Shown here piece after piece: positions 63,280-64,000 of a DNA stretch of 64,000 bases (position 1 is its first letter; each line of letters begins with the position of its first letter). Position numbers and translations under genes: made by a program. Under the pieces are notes generated by a model that had not been told where the DNA came from, made no database searches, and was given only the letters and a program-made list of their open reading frames with translations. The DNA is from Chiloscyllium plagiosum (taxonomy: Eukaryota). The stretch is from positions 19,038,198 to 19,102,197 of the forward strand of contig NC_057719.1 of NCBI RefSeq assembly GCF_004010195.1. Direction: 5' to 3'.

Positions 63280-63880
63280 AGAATCATTAATGACTTGGAC
63301 TTAAATGTCGGAATGCGATCAAGAGGTTTGCAGATGTCAAGTAAATTTGTAATGTCCTAAACAGTGAGGAGAATGTGAACTGTGGGAGGATATCAATAAA
63401 ATATTCAGAGTAATGATAAATGGAAGTCACCTTTGAAATGCTCATCAGGCCAGAACTGGAGAAATGTTTGCAATTCTGGTCATTACATTATAGGAAAATA
63501 TTGATTGTATCGGGGTGGATGCAGAGGAGATTTACCAGTATGCTGCCAGGGCTGCAGGAATGCATTTTTTCCAAGATTAGTGGGATCAATAACCAGGGGC
63601 TTAGATTGAAGCTAAGAAATAGAAGGTAAGCAGGAAAGTTGAGAAGATTTTTTTCTGCCTGAGACACGTAGAAATCTTGAACTCATTGCCTGAAAGGGTG
63701 CATGAATCAGAAACTCTTAAAACCTTTAACCAGTGTTTACATATTCAGTGACATTGTCACAGCTTCCAGGACTATGGGATAAGAGCTGGGAAATGAGATT
63801 AGTACAGTTAGACCTTTATTGACTGGGCCATAATGGGCCAAATGGCCTCCTTCAGTCATGCAAATGTCTATGACTCCATG
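63280..63880 (+). mobile_element. Decayed CR1 3' fragment
   Basis: INDLD..RFAD, LIRPELEKCLQFWSLHYRK..MQRRFTSMLPGL, tail CTATGACTCCATGACT. Confidence 0.8.
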
Positions 63881-64000
63881 ACTTAGTAATTGGCTGCATC
63901 CATTATCTAGTGCTCTGATATTTCTCTCTCTGGGTGTGAAGTATGATATACATCTGAGCTGCTATTATTATGATGGGAAAGAAATTTAGCTCACAGTCAT

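Overview
Eukaryotic, repeat-dominated, non-coding DNA from a cartilaginous fish. The HE1-type SINEs with (AATCT)n tails, CR1, Rex1/Babar, L2 and Penelope relics point to a shark, possibly a carpet/bamboo shark (inference). I found no intact protein-coding gene or convincing exon. Every recognisable ORF is a decayed retroelement domain (CR1 SGNH-esterase ORF1, APE endonuclease, RT, Penelope GIY-YIG) or an antisense SINE artefact. The window looks like a gene desert or very large intron. It is built of nested TE insertions interspersed with AT-rich unique blocks that resemble conserved developmental enhancers (best at 48.9-49.4 kb), plus one good CTCF-like site. Most notable observations: (1) a near full-length APE-RT LINE whose 5' end is the tRNA-like head and body of an abundant local SINE, so the SINE looks like its internally deleted derivative; (2) several families of short Penelope-terminus elements carrying minimal hammerhead-ribozyme motifs, often folded back as palindromes (one is a perfect 78-bp hairpin with a 16-bp TSD); (3) a 98-bp exact duplication around a CR1 tail; (4) an old two-LTR element. 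Most element boundaries are approximate (tens of bp). Family names come from recalled motifs, not database searches.
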